Source: the human T2T-CHM13v2.0 reference genome, Homo sapiens. Taken from it: 64,000 bases of DNA. A program made the translations under genes and the position numbers. The DNA is taken from the NCBI RefSeq assembly GCF_009914755.1, contig NC_060926.1. One strand, written 5' to 3'. Each line of letters opens with the position of its first letter. The first letter of the stretch is position 1. The notes beneath the pieces are model-generated. The model was not told the origin of the DNA. It saw nothing but the letters and a program-made list of their open reading frames with translations, and did not search any database. Below are positions 1 through 14,946 of the stretch, piece after piece.

Positions 1-518
1 TGATTTGTGTTGGGGAACAGACCACAATGCACATTGCACCCGGTTAGACACCAAGCTCTTCCAGGGGAACTTCTACTTCTGATTGCTCAATACTATGCAG
101 AAATGGCCTCCGTGGGAGCCTCCACAGGCACACCCTTGCCCGCTCCAAGTCCCTCCCAGGACCAGACTCTCTGTCCCTGCCCCAGCCAGCAAGGCTCAGA
201 ACAGTGGCTGCTCCCAGGTAACTCCCAGCCTGATTCCGGGTCCAGTCACCAAGCTCTGGGGATGGCCTTCTGATGGCTTATAGGTAAATGCTCTCATCCC
301 TGCTGGAAGATCCTAATAACATTTTAAATTGTGTCTCTCTGTCTGTGGGGCTGCTAGCATTAGCCAGTGTGCCTCTGACTCAGCGGGATCTCGCCGTACC
401 TGGCACCTAGTAGGCACTCAACACACCGTTGTTGGATGGGTGTGTGGCAACTAAATGTCTGACGAGGACTCAGGTAAATCATCTTCTATGAAAGCCCAGT
501 CTTTTCTTGGCCTCTTGA

Positions 519-852
<334 letters not shown>

Positions 853-1599
853 TGTTTGCCACTTTCAAAAGAGTAGTGAGAACATGGAGCCTATTCAAAT
901 GACAGAACTTTTTTAAACAGCAGGTCCAGCCAGCCCTTTGGCAAAACGGCTCTCCCTTTTAGACGCCCCTTTTTGCCTCCTGGTAGCCCCCTCCTCCTTC
1001 CTCATCTCACCTGTTTGGGCCCTGGGGCCACTATTTCTCCTCTCCTTTTTAAAAGCTGCTGTCCAGGGCCATAGCGCTGCCAGGATTCTGATAAATAAGT
1101 TCACCTGAAGAAAATGACTGATCATGTCTTGATGAACTCACTGTCACTGGCTGCTCTGGGTGGCATGTGCATTTCGGACAATTTAGTTGCTTCTAAACTT
1201 GGTGGCTGGTATAAAACAGAAGTCTTCATGAGTCATAAAAAAAGGACACGTTGGAGAAATAAATGTCAATATTATGGGCTCTTTTATGGAGTATGCCCTA
1301 TGCCGTTGCTTAGAACAACCCAAGCTCACTCCCGCCTAAGGCTGCAGCTGCCCGCTTTTTCTAAATCGCTCTTCTCTCTATAGCTACAGGGCTGGCCTCT
1401 TCAGCAGTCAGGGCTGCTTGAATGTTACTTTCCAGTGGCACCTTCCCTGGTCACCCACTCATTCCCACCTTCAGTCTTACTATCTGGGCAGCAGGCTTTG
1501 CGAACACTCTGGGAGCGCCAGCTTTAATGTGTGCTAGAACCTAGGATTACTAGACCTGGGAGTGGCTGTGGAATGATAGGGAAGGACTCAGGTCCTAAT

Positions 1600-1710
1600 C
1601 TCTGGGGGCCTGGACTATGTGCTCCATGAGAACAAGGGCTGTGTGAATGCCATCCTCGCATCCCTAGCACTGACACATAGTAGGTGCTCAGGGAATGTCT
1701 GTGGGATGAT
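1600..1710 (+). mobile_element. L2 LINE 3'-end fragment
   Basis: CCTAGCACTGACACATAGTAGGTGCTCA resembles the L2 3' terminus. A similar fragment lies near 395-445. Confidence 0.65.
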
Positions 1711-2125
1711 GTAGCTCTTGCTTCTGGAAGAATGTGGCTACCCTACAAGCCTGGACAAGGTAAAGAAGTACTAAGTTGGGTGGGAATGAGAGAAGCTTCC
1801 CATCTCCCTCCAGACCCCTGATAGCATCCCTCTGTGGGACCCCGTCATATATGGCCTTTCACAGTACACCAATGGGCAGCACCCAGATGGAGGCTGCTCA
1901 AAACTTCCCTCCAGAGGAAATCAGGCGTAAAGTCCTTGCCTACCAGCAGGCCAGGGCAGCCCTGGGTCACAGTGGCTGTTTTGCAATGGTGTCTGGGAAG
2001 AGGCCTCTGGGAGCTCTTTCTCAATGGAACCAGGCTCTCACAGGCATCACAGGTCATATCCCTGTTGCCTCAACCTGGTCCAACTCACAGAACTGACCTA
2101 CCTAGTGGGGCTGGGAAGGTTTAGG

Positions 2126-2146
2126 CAGACAGACAGACAGACAGAC
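2126..2146. repeat. (CAGA)n microsatellite
   Basis: Direct reading: CAGACAGACAGACAGACAGAC. Confidence 0.9.
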
Positions 2147-3009
2147 TGCCTGAGGTGTGAGGGAGTACACTTACCCCCTGTGACCAAAACCCCATGTGTG
2201 GCCAGCGTGGCCGATTACTCATGGTCTGGGGAGGGAGGACAGCCGGATCCAGAGGTAAAGTCTAACCCATGGAGTCCTAAGCAATGGGAAAGGAGCCCCA
2301 TGTGGATTAAATAAACATATTCCTGCCTGCAGATCCCCTTTTCTAAATGCATAAGGCAGATGTACTATCTGAAGGACTTTGGACTCAGTGAGTTGTGACT
2401 TATGTAAACAATACCACACTGACTTAAAAATAATCCACAAGGCAGGAAAAAAAACCTCTTTCATTGTTATAAAACTGAACCAAGATTACATTTTTTTCTC
2501 CTGTAATTGCTTCTCAGGGTCCGTAAATAGACCTTATTATAAAGAGCTGGGGAGGGGAACAGCAAATCAAGATAAAGTACAACCTTTTTTTAGATTATTT
2601 ATGGGTTTTTTTTTTTTGGTCTGATTCTGAACCCTTTGAAGAACTGAAGGAATATATAAAGTAAGTTAACTGGTTTCATTCCAAGGAATGTCAAATAAAA
2701 CTCCAGTTTCAGAGAGACAGAACTCTACCAGTGTTCCCAAATGCCAAGAACCTTCTATGTCATGTTTTCTGGGACCTAACGTTATTCTCCTTAAACCTGC
2801 CATGATTTTCAGTTGAAAAATACCCAAAGTGGATGCGAGCCTTGCCCAGGGAGGGCATCCTGAATGTGTGATTCCCATTTCCCACAACTCAGCGAGGGAG
2901 GAAGACCCTGACCAAGAGGAGAGCAGTGATCACTGCTTAGCAGAGAGTAGCTTCTCAGGGACTTAGCATTTGAAACTGACAAGACATTGACCTCAGTTGA
3001 TCAGCCTGA

Positions 3010-3396
<387 letters not shown>

Positions 3397-3934
3397 TGAG
3401 CTCCAAAGAGGGCTGGCCTCTCCCCCGCACCTCTGTGCTGGACTTCTTCAGCACCTGTGAAGGGCCCAGCTGAGGCTGTGGCCAGCAGAGGAAGGGGAAC
3501 CTTATCCCTCACCTGGTCCCACAAGAGACCACAGGAGGTCTGAAGACATGCCGCCCAATTCTCTGACATTATTATGTCTGATGTTGGTGGCCACTCTGGA
3601 CACTTGCCCTCTCACATTTCATATACACCCATGTATTTGTGCCATCCGCATATCTCTGATGGCTGGTGGCAGTGTCTGACTGCATCCCAACTCTGCTGAG
3701 CAAGAGGTACACGTAAGACAATAGTAGCCAGCACCCAAAGCAACATTTAGGCCAAAAGAATGCACATGTGTGTGAAGGTCTGTGTGTACTTATGCCCGTG
3801 TGTTGGAGGTTGGGAGGGATGCCTGATGATATTTATTAGTCACCTTCTTGTACATGCAGTTTTCACGCAGCTTGTTCCTTAGTGCTCATGTCAGTCTCCA
3901 AAGGTGAAGATTATTGAGGCCCAGGCACATGAGG

Positions 3935-4676
3935 GCTATTTCAGTTTACTAGAGCTGCCATCACAAGTTATCACAAATTTAGTGGCTTAAGACGACAAAA
4001 ATTTATTTGCTCACAGTTTTAGAGACTTGAAATTCACAGTCAAGGTGTTGGCAGGCCATACTCACTCCAAAGGCTGCTTTGTGGCAAGTCCTTCTTTGCC
4101 ACTTCCAGCTTCTGGTGGGTCCAGGAATTCCTTGGCTTGTGGCTGCATCACTCCAATCTCTTCCTCCATTCTCCCATGGCATTCTCTCCTGTGGCGTGTG
4201 TTTGCACGAGTGTGTATGGGGTCATTTTGTTTCTGTGTCCTCTCCTGTTTCTTACAAGGACACTTGTCATTGAATTTAAGCCCACTAAGACAATCCAAGA
4301 TGATGTCACCTTAAGATCCTTAACCCAGCACTTGGGGAGGCCGAGGTGGGTGGATCACTTGAGGTCAGAAGTTCGAGACCAGCCTGGCCAACATGGTGAA
4401 ACCCCATCTCTACTAAAACGACAAAAATTCGCTGAGTGTGATGGTGCATGACTGTAATCCCAGCTACTCAGGAGGCTGAAGCACAGGAATCACTTCAACC
4501 CAGGAGGTGGAGGTTGCAATGAGCTAAGATCGCACCACTAGACTCTAGCCTGGGGGACAAAGTGAGACTCTATATGAAAAAAAAAAAAATCCTTAACCCC
4601 CAAAATGTCACATTTATAGGTTCAGGGTGTTGGATGTGGGGCAGTCTTTCAGGGTGCCACAGTTTAACTCACTACA
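3935..4676 (-). mobile_element. MaLR solo LTR (MLT1B/C-like), interrupted by an Alu
   Basis: GCTGCCATCACAAGTTATCACAAATTTAGTGGCTTAA...TCACAGTT...CAAGGTGTTGGCAGG, ending CACTACA. This is typical antisense MLT1. Confidence 0.85.
4324..4589 (+). mobile_element. Alu SINE (AluS-type), slightly 5'-truncated, inserted in MLT1
   Basis: CCCAGCACTTGGGGAGGCCGAGGTGGGTGGATCACTTGAGGTCAG through to poly-A. TSD ATCCTTAACCC on both sides. Confidence 0.96.
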
Positions 4677-4689
4677 AAAGGAGACATTT

Positions 4690-4885
4690 AACACTTATGG
4701 CACTGTTTTGGGTGCTTTGCCTGAATTATTTCCATTAGTCTTCAAACAACTTTAAGAGGCATGTGTAAATTATTCCCCCATTTTTACAAGTAAAGATATC
4801 AAAGTGCAGAGAGGGGAAGTAAGCCTCCATAGTCACACATCTAGAAAGTGGCAGAACCTGGGCAGGGGTGCTCCAGAGCCTGCTG
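4690..4885 (-). mobile_element. MIR SINE
   Basis: CCCCCATTTTTACAAGTAAAGATATCAAAGTGCAGAGAGGGGAAGTAA...GTCACACATCTAGAAAGTGGCAGA matches the MIR core. Confidence 0.75.
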
Positions 4886-5049
4886 TGGCCACAGGGTGAC
4901 TTGCCTGGCTCATAGAGCTGGTCAAAGGCAGCATTGTCACCTCCTGGTCAGAGTCTTCACCTCCACCTCCTGATGTCATCATCATCCCTGGTAGCATTCA
5001 CATCCAGTCAGACAGACCATGCAGCACCATAGAGGCCACTCCCTCCTGG

Positions 5050-7120
5050 GCTCCTCAGGTGCCCATTCCTGCAGTCACACCTGTACCATCCCATCCTCAA
5101 ATCTGGATTCCAAACACCTCTCCCAATCCTCCCAGCCCTGCAGGTCAAGATTCTCCACTGCCTCAGTTTCTTGGCTTCCTTGAGAATTTCAATGCAGTGA
5201 CTCCCCCTCCTCCCTCTTGAGCCTCCTTCCCAGCTCCTCTTCCTTCCTTCTTTGTCCAGCCTCTGCTACATGGTTCCTCATCATTATTCCAGTGTGAATT
5301 TTCTCAGCAACTCTGCCTTTCTATCCTTTGTCACAGCCCCTTGGCAAAGTCCCAACCCTGAATGAAACCTCCCATCCGCTGTCTCCACGCCTGCTCCAGA
5401 GCAGTTGCCTGTTCTTGGAGATAATCACACAATAGGGCTGGCTGATTTTGCTCTAAATTCATGATCTTGGCCCATGCACTTGCCCTCAAGACTGCCAGGC
5501 AACCCCACCACTCTCTCTAGTAGGCCACTGCCCACTCCCAGATGACAATTTTACTTCTCTTTTTCCTCTCACCTTCCCTTCCACCCTGCTCTCTCCCTCT
5601 GGTTCCAAGGGACCCTTCCCCTTCATTACTTCACTCAACTCTCATCTTCCCAATACCAGACTAGGACCCATCCTGGCTGCTTCTCTCTTCTGCTTCTTCC
5701 TGTGCTGATGGAGAAAGTCCCTCCACCTGTGCTCTGAATTCATCCTCTCCAGCTCCTTGGGAACTTATTGCTCTCATTGTCCCTCTCTGGCTCTCTCACT
5801 AGTCTCTTGGTTTTTCTAGGCAAGTCCAATCAGCACCCAGACATGCTCCTCCCACCTGCAGTTCATCTATCTCCAGCCCCTCCCGTTGACAACTACTTCC
5901 CAATCCCTCTATTTTCTTTTAGAGTCAGATTTCTCCAAAGAATATAATTTGTTTGCAGTCTCCATCTCTTAACTCCCATGCACTCCTGGACCCACTGAAG
6001 GCTAGCTCTGCTCCCCAGTACTGAGACTGCTTGGTCAAGGTCACCAATGACTCCAACTGGCCAGGCCCAGCCCCACTCTTGGACTTCATCTTAGTCCTGT
6101 GACAATATTGACCCCTTTTTCTGCAAACTCTTGCCTCTCTGTTTCTACCACATTCTGCTCTCCAGGCTCTCCTCGTTCTTCACTGGCTGGTCCTCCTTTG
6201 CAGGTCCTCCTCCTTTTTCTGACTCCTCCTTGGTCTCCCTTAGGCCCTCTTGGGTCCTCTTTCTTCACTTCACAGGTGAGTTCGTGAAATTCCATGGATT
6301 TAAATACTATTCTTATGCCGATCATTCTAAATCTATATCCCCAACCTGGACTTCTTTGAGCTTCCTTCTGACTTGCAGATTCTATTGCCTGCTGACATTT
6401 CCACTTGGAGATCTCAGATATCTCCAAACTAGCACATTCAGAGCAGACTTTCCATCCTCCCAACTCCACCTTTGCCATTCCTGTAAAGGGCACGGTATCC
6501 CCACCCCAGGTGACTTGACTCTCTCTTCTTGAATGGGTCCTCTTCTCCCTTTACCTAAACCATCAGTAAGTCTTGCTGGTTTGTGCTATAAAATGCACCT
6601 TGAATCTATCTCCTAAAATAGCCTGGAAAGCACAGCTCTACCCTCCACCCTTACCTCAGGGTACTCTCCAGAGACACTCCTCTTCCTTCAGTTCCAACCT
6701 TGCCCCACCCAAGCCCTTTCCTACCTTTCCCACTTAACGGTCTTGTACCTGTCGTTTTTCTCTTGCCAAGAATGCTCCTCTGTTTTATTTATATAGTAAC
6801 TATTCTTCCTCCTTGTACATTGCAATTTTAAATGCTGCCCATTCAAAGAGGAAGTCATTCATTAACCTCATCTAAAGTAGGTCCTTTTGGTATTCTTTAT
6901 CTCAGCCCCTTGGTTATTTTCTTAATTTCCAACATCACAACTTTTTTTCTTTTTGCATGTTTGGCTTTGTTATTGTTGTTATTGACTGTCTCTCTCTCCC
7001 TCATTTGCATACAGGATCCAAGAACACCCAGCTCTTGAACATGAACACATTTCCAGGATGTAGAACAGTGCCTGGCATGCTACAGATGTTGAATTAATGG
7101 TCAGATGATTGAACACAAGA
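5050..7120 (+). mobile_element. L2 LINE, degraded
   Basis: Pyrimidine-rich L2 ORF2/3' sequence (GTCAAGGTCACCAATGACTCC, CCATGGATTTAAATACTATTC, CAGTGCCTGGCATGC), ending in an L2-like tail. Confidence 0.8.
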
Positions 7121-7689
7121 AACCAATATTTAAACCACATCGGTCTGACTTCAGAGCCCTGCTGTCTTCTCACACTCCACATGCCTTCTTTCAGCAGACA
7201 GAATTCTGGAGGAGTTCAGGGTAGGAGAGGGCCCTATGGGTGGGAGGGTCAGAGAAGGCTTCCTGGATGAAGAAAGCTGGATTTAGAAAGGGGCAATCCA
7301 GCTGTCCGCCGTGTCCTGCCTTCTGATCCCACCAGGCCCGGTGCCACTCTGCCCCAATCATGGTGAAATGACATTGAGTCTGACTTGAACTTGCTCCTCA
7401 CATGCATCTAGACTATGGAAGAAGAAAACTGATATCAGCTCCTCGGCTGGCACCTTCTTTTCAGGCATTCAGAAGTCTTTTGAGGCACCTGTGCCTTCCA
7501 CTCACTCCCCACCTCTGGCTATCTCCATTCCTTACCACCCTCCAAATCCTGCTGGCTTCAAGGCCCAGCCCCAGCCCTCCTCCAGGAGCTCTTACCCAGC
7601 CCTTCTGCAGACCCTCCGCTCCTTATCATCTTGTGTCTCAGGATTCTGCTTTTCTCCTCTGCACTGGCATTGCCTTGCTGGCTTCTTAG

Positions 7690-8105
7690 GGTGAGTTAGG
7701 TTGCACTGCAGGAACAAACCAACCCAGCTCTCAGTGGCCAAGTGATGGGCATGATCAGGGCAAGGGGCAAAGCCTCGTACCACAAGCTGACCCTGGTTTG
7801 GTGGGAGTCTCTTCTCCCCATCATCCTCTTTCAAAGATATTGGCTGACAGAGCCTCTGCCATCTGGAGCATTGCCAGGCATCAGGGCAGGAAGAAGGGAA
7901 TGTGGGAAATTCTGCATCAGCTCTTAGAAGCACTCACCAAGTGCTTCATGCCTCTTCTGCTCATGTTTTACAGGCTAGAGCAATCACATGGCCATGCCTA
8001 ACCTGAAAAGTGAGGAGAGGTGGGAAGCAGTGAGTGCAATCCTATGATGTGGTCAGAAGAAGCAGCAATGGAAACATTGGTGGATAAGCCTTGTGGCTAC
8101 CATAC
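7690..8105 (-). mobile_element. Old MaLR LTR (MLT1J/K/L-like)
   Basis: GTTAGGTTGCACTGCAGGAACAAACCAACCCAGCTCTCAGTGGC and GTCACATGGCC-like CAATCACATGGCCATGCCTAAC. Confidence 0.55.
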
Positions 8106-9179
8106 CACATTGAAGTTCCAAAAAGTTGGAGGCTGTGTTACTTGTTATGCTTTCTCTTCACTGCAGTACTTAGCCTGTAGCTTGGGCAAAGATGCCAAGT
8201 GAACTAGGACCACCTCCAAGCCTGGCAAAGACTTCCTTTCCTCTAAGAGAGGCTATGATGCAAGAGGTAGTTGAGAATTTTTGAGAATGTTGGCTGAAGC
8301 TATCAAAACGCTGGCAGGGCTTTGTATAAAATTTATGGGAGCTGACCTCTCCTTGATCTTTAGTTTCGAGTCTCAAACCCCTTTTCTTTTTCTGTTAGTA
8401 TTCAACCCCCTCCACCTTCACCCCCATCTTCTAGGTCTCTCTAGAACTGTCCCTGGCTCGACTGTTCAGGTTGAACAATCTTCTGCCTGACCCGGAGAAC
8501 ACAAAGCAACTCCCTTCTGTTGGCTGTAATGTGTGAACGCTGAGCACTTCTCAAAGGCCAAGCACTGAGTTCAATGCTCTCTCAGATCATTGGATTAATT
8601 ATTGTCACAAATTAGCTGGTGGAAGCTCCACTGTTCAGGGGATTTCACAGAGGAGGACTCTAAGGTTTAACAACTGACCCGAGGCACTTGGCTGGTGGGC
8701 AGTGTCTCTGGGCACCTCCCTAGCTGACTCTCCTATGCCACCTGCCTCGTGACCGGGCACATGGCCGAAGGGGTGAGTGGGTGCCAAAGGTCGACCTTGA
8801 AGCGTGTCACCCGCTCCCTGGGGAACTAAGTGTTCTGTGTGGGGGCTGAAGTGCAGAGATAATAGTGGAATTTACCTCTCAAGACTGCAGGGCTAAGTGT
8901 GACTTTTGTTTGATAAGCTTGGGTTTTATGTCTTTAGGAGCAAACAAACAAACCATAAAGTGGCAGTCTGTTGGAGTGAGTCCCAGCTGAGCTTGCAGGA
9001 AGGGAGAGGCTCTGGGCTCTGCCCCTGGGGAAGAGCGAGAGAGGCAGGCACAGTGCAGGTGGGGGAGACTCATAGAGCTTCCCTTTCCTCATGTGAAAAG
9101 TAAATCGGATTCTATGGTAATAACCCAAAGCTCACTTAAAAGGCTCATTAATGAGGAAAACAATAGCAGTAAGAACAAT

Positions 9180-9385
9180 GGCTATATTACACTGATGCCG
9201 TGTGCCAGACAAGATACTGAGAACTTTCTATGTATCATCTTTTTGAATTACCCCATTTTAGATATGAGGAAAGTGGGGATTAGGCATTTAAAATGTGCCC
9301 AAGCTCATACAGTCAGTGAGTGACAGAGCTAGGTTAGAAGCCCAGCAAGACGTCCAGGCCCCACGCCCAGCCACTAAGCTTTACT
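9180..9385 (-). mobile_element. MIR SINE
   Basis: CCCCATTTTAGATATGAGGAAAGTGGGG...GCCCAAGCTCATACAGTCAGTGAGTGACAGAGCT. Confidence 0.75.
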
Positions 9386-9979
9386 GTGGAATGTTGACAG
9401 TGATGATGTAAGAGGGGGTGGCGCGGATAAAGATGGCCATGATGATGATGATCATGACTCCAAACTCTTTGCTAGTTACTCCATTCTTAGCCTCTTCTAG
9501 AAGTGCAAGCCTCCCCTGGCTGCCCAGCCATAGGGGATAAGTAGCTTTGCTTGTAGGGAAGAGGTACCAGGTGAGCATGAGCACTCCTTTACCTGTTCAG
9601 TTCCATTTCCAGGGAACACTGTGCAGCGCCAGCCTGGGAGGCCACCCGTGCAGACGTGCTGAAGGAAGACACTTCCCAGGGCCGTGTTGATGCAAACTCT
9701 GTGGAGCACAGCTCCCCGTGCCCTGAGGTGTTTTCCTGGCTCTAGGCTCTGGCCAGCCCTTTTCCCTCCAACCTAGCATGGTTCCCTCTGCTTCATCTCA
9801 TCTGCCCAGCCTGGAACGCGCTGCCTTGACTTTTCCACGTGCTTAAAGCCTACTCATCCATTAGGGCCCAGCTCAAGAACATGTGGTTGGTTGCTTTGTT
9901 CTTCCATTCGTTCATTCATCCATTCGTATTTTTCGATCATGTTTACGAATCTCCTGCAATGTGTCAAGTATGTGTGGTG

Positions 9980-10115
9980 TAGAGGGATGAGCATGGGTTG
10001 GGGGTGCCAGGCATAGGTTCGATCCTGTCCCTTCTCAGCCATGTGACTGAGCAAGTTGCTCCCTGAGCTTCAGTTTTCCCATCTTTAAAATGTGGATTAT
10101 CAGTGAGACTCTGTG
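9980..10115 (+). mobile_element. MIR SINE fragment
   Basis: TGTGACTGAGCAAGTTGCTCCCTGAGCTTCAGTTTTCCCATCTTTAAAATG. Confidence 0.75.
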
Positions 10116-11749
10116 AGCCCAGAGAACCATAAGCACTAACTTTCCCCTACAAGTCCCCTCTGTCACCCCCTCTCACACCCTCTCTGCATCGCTAGCTCCC
10201 CCTGGCCACTGTTCGAGTGGGAGCACGCTAATTCAGCAAGTCAATCAATGGTCACAAGGAAGATGCCAGGGCCGAGGGCTGGTCTTCTCTTAACTGTAGC
10301 ATTAAGACCATGACTAGATTCAAGGCAAAGTCTCAACAAGAGCTGGTTGGCTCCCCAGGCCACTGTGCAGTTCCGTGGAACACAGGCCTTCCTGGGTGTC
10401 CAGATCAGAGTCAGGGGAGGTATGCAGGCCTTCAGGTCTTAAGGGCCATCCTGCTGAAGACTTGTCAAGAGAAGGGAGCACAGCTCCCTCCTGCTCCCAT
10501 CTGAGCCAGCCTAGGCAGGGCCAGCACTTGGTGATGATGACATGTCCCAGTCAGGTGCCTGACTGGTGAGGGTGCCTGGTCTCCCTCTATGTTCCAGTAG
10601 AGACTCCATGTTCATCCTGATGGAGGCCGGCCCTCTGAGGGGAGGGGAGGCCACCTTGAAGGCCCTGCCCTTGGCCTGGCAGAGCCTTTTCCTCCTTAGG
10701 GGCTGACTCAACCTCATGAGGATGGACGAGCTTCTCAGGAAGGGACCCCAACCACCAAGACTGAAACCCTCCTTTCTCCCGTATTGGCAGTCATTCTCGT
10801 TTACATTGGATGCAGTGGTCACCCATTGCCCAGTCTTTCTAATGTGCCTGGCCTCTTCTCTGTCTTAGCCATGCAGGACAAATGCAAAGGGCAGCTAAGA
10901 ACCTAATTTAAAAAGCCCGCAGGCAAAAGGGCACTGGGTCGAGACACCAATGCCTGGTCCCTCTGGGGATGCACTTACATCATCTGAGAATTTCTTCCCA
11001 AATGAGAGAGGAAGAGACAGAGCTACAAAGGAAGAGAGGAAGAAAAAGGAAAGCTCATGACAGGGAGAGACTGAGAAAGGGACAAAGTAGGCCCTGTGGG
11101 TGCAGCCCAAACCGGCCCACATGGGCTTTGATGACAGAGCCGAGGATTTGCCTTTTGCTCAGAGGAAGGGAGGGGGCTTCAGGGCGGCTCTGGGGCTGCA
11201 GAGTCAGAGCCCAAGCCCCTAGCAGGTCCCCCAGCCCGGGAGGCAGAGTGTGCAGCCAGGGCAGCCTCTGGACACCATCAAATTGCACACAAAAACCTGG
11301 GGCCTCCATGGGAACTGCAGATTATACAGAGTGAGTGGGGAGGAGGGCAGGGGATTGAAATTTTATTCTTTCTTCCTCCTTCCTTGAAAATTCCGATCAC
11401 TAAAAGTAAAAACATACACACACATACTCACTCACACACTCACTCACCCATGCACATACCATCTTCAACGCCTGGGCTATTCCATCTTTGCCAAAAAGAA
11501 CCAAGATGTTATCTGTGAGGTATGTCTGCATGAGCTTAGACAAGACCAAACCTACATCCTCTCTCCTTGCAAAAAAAAAAAAATGCATTTACTTTTCTTC
11601 CAAATCCAACAAAAATAAATTTAAAATGTTAGAAATAGTTACTGAGCTTCTAGAAATTGTTATAGTACCGAAAGTGAGGAAATTAATTGTTACCTGGCCC
11701 AGGCACTTCACTTTCGCCTAAGCCCCAAATAAAATGGATTTTTCCTCTT

Positions 11750-12255
11750 CTAGTGATCTATTGATGTATAATGAGCCATCTACAACTTAGTAGCTTAAAC
11801 CATAGCACCAATCCTTTTTTATTAGCTCTCATAGTTCTGGTGGCTGACTGAGCTCAGAAGGGCCACTCACGGTCCTTTTTGTAGATGCGGTCAGGCTAGG
11901 CTGGAGTCACCTGAAGGCTTCTGGACTGACAGGGATGGTGGTGGATGGTGGTTGACGTTGTCTGTTGGTGGGATCTCAGCTGGTGCTGTTGGCTGGAACA
12001 CCTCTATATGGTCTCTCCATGTGGCCTGAGCTACCCCACAGCATGGTGTCTGGGTTCCAAATGGGAGTGTCCCAATAAGACCAGGAGGAAGCTGCATTGC
12101 CTTTCATAACCTGGCTTCAGAAGTCACAGAATGTCACTTCTGCCATAGTTGCAGGTCCACCCAGATTCAAGGATGGACAATAAACCCCACCTCTTTTTGG
12201 GAGGAGTGAGAAGACCATTTGGGATAGGAGATCTTATTGCAGTCATCTTGGCTAA
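11750..12255 (-). mobile_element. MaLR solo LTR (MLT1H-like)
   Basis: ACTTAGTAGCTTAAAC...CTGGAGTCACCTGAAGGCTT...GGAAGCTGCATTGCCTTTCATAACCTGGCTTCAGAAGTCACA...CCCAGATTCAAGG. Confidence 0.8.
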
Positions 12256-13006
12256 TGCATTTTCTCCATGTTTTTAAGTATGGAGGTGGTATTCTTTTTA
12301 AAAATTATCGTCCTCGTTATCACCATTGCACCAATGTACATGGGTCATGGGCTCCCCAGGCCAGCCCTACCCTTTGCAAACCTGTTCAGACTTCCAGCTC
12401 ACTAACTTCTCCCCCTCCAGCCCAGGCCCCAGGGCATTCAACCCAGATCTCAGAGGCCTGTGCCCTCCTGCCTTGGGTCCCACAGTGCAGGCCTCCAATA
12501 TTGTCACTGTTGTCCTCATTCCACTCTTCCACTTTGATCATCACAGTGAAAATTGCTTACAGTCTGCAGAGCTGGGTAGCAATCTCAGCTCTGCATTTAC
12601 TCCTTAGCATCCTTCATTGAATGGAGATGAAAATCTCTTCCCCTCAGGACCTCCAGGTAGGTGAAATGAGTGGTGGCAAATCACTCAGCATATGGAGAGT
12701 GTCTAATGTTGATGGCCAAACTGGCCAATCTCCCTCCCACTTTGTAAAGCAGACCAGGCAGCCTTTATTATTATCATCACATGCATTTTATGCATGAGGC
12801 GAATAGGGTTTGCGGGTCTGCCAGACTTCCCGCCAGGCTTGTCCTAGGTGTTCTTTCTACCCAGTCAGCAGCCTGGCTGCTCTGCTCCGTCCCACGGGCT
12901 GGGCATTGTGCTGGGAGCTCCATGCACAACCAGAGAGCTGCCTGTCTTCTGCGTGTTGAGCACACACCATGCCAGTTTCCCTAACCCGTAGAAAAGGCTC
13001 AATACA

Positions 13007-13474
<468 letters not shown>

Positions 13475-13734
13475 CTATATACCCAGGTCTTTTCAGGAAC
13501 ATGTCTGTATCCAGGCAGGTCCATGCAGAAACTATAATCTAGTTTTAGTCCTAAGGATGCTAGTAACCTTTGTGTGGCCTGCCACACTGAATCAGCTAGA
13601 GATTCCTAGGCCTCAAGTCTCCTCAGATCCTGATTCAGCAGGGGTGTGTGTGGACATCTGCATGTCAAATCTCCCAGGGAATGCTGGGCCAGCCAGGCTA
13701 GTGACCCCCAGAAACCCTGCCCCGTGTAGGAGCA

Positions 13735-13930
13735 CAGCAGCCTGGTAGAGTGATTATAACTGTGGGCTCAGGTGCTGATGGCCAGGGTTTATATCCTGGG
13801 TCCTGCAGTTTTAGTAACTGTGGCACCTTGGCTTGTTACTTAGACACCCTGTGCCTCAGTTTCCCCATCTTTAAAATGGAGATAATGGTGGTGGGGAAAT
13901 CAGGATGCTGTGACAAGGATTAAATGAGTT
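13735..13930 (+). mobile_element. MIR SINE
   Basis: CTGTGCCTCAGTTTCCCCATCTTTAAAATGGAGATAAT...GGATTAAATGAG. Confidence 0.8.
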
Positions 13931-14946
13931 GCTGCACCAGAACCTCAGCTCACACTTTACAAAGCTGGGTGGATGGGTGGGGTGCCTAGTTTTTGGCTAC
14001 CTCTTGTATGTTCCTTGAGCCTTGGCTCTAACGAAGCCAGAGCCTTGGCCCCGCTTGCAGGGGGAAGGCAGAAGTCTCTCTCAGACTCCCCTCCAAGACA
14101 CAGATCCCTTCCCCCCAGGAGCCCACAATTCAGTGGAGACAACATAAGCCAGACACACACACAGGAGGGACTTTTTTCCAAAACGCAAATGAGTGCAAAA
14201 GACAGTTTCTATGGTTACTACACACACCTTTAAAAAAAGAGAAGGGTGCGTGTGTGTGTACGTGTGTGTTTAACACGAGACAGAACCCAAAGACCACCTT
14301 GAGATTGCTTGCAGTAGACAGCCAGAAGGGAGGATAGGCAGAGGGGTGGACTGCCCACCACATGCCCTTGGCGTGGCCTTGACCTACAGCTACTTCCATG
14401 GCTGAACCAGGAAGCAAGAAGCCTCCTCCAGTGGTTGTCAGCCACACAATGCCAAGGGCCAGTCCCTTCCAGGCCAAACCAGAGACAGGGATGTGATTCT
14501 CCAGTTCATTTTAGTCAGCTATGAAACCTCAGCCCTGCTGCAGGGGTAGGGGAAGAAATCAGTATGTGTATGGCCAGCAATTATCACACATTTCCTAAAA
14601 TGTAATGTGTTCACTGCTTAGCTCTTCAGCTTAAGTGACCGAATGAAGATTCCTTTTCCCTGGAATCACTCTGTGACTGTCAGGGCCATCAGGGAGTGAG
14701 AAACTCACTTGAGGATGCTGAGTATTTGTGAATTTATCTCCTCTTTAAGATACAGGCCCCAGATTCTGGCCCCTGGCAGTTTCCCTGCATTGTCTTGAGT
14801 CTGGAGCTTTCTGCTTGGGTGGGTCTCAGAAATCTTACTGATTTCTGCTTTTTTGCCCACTAAAGGAGATAATTTCACTGCTAAACGGGTCAAATTCTCT
14901 TCTGAGGATGGGTCTAAATTCTTGCTAAATATACCTGAATTAACTC

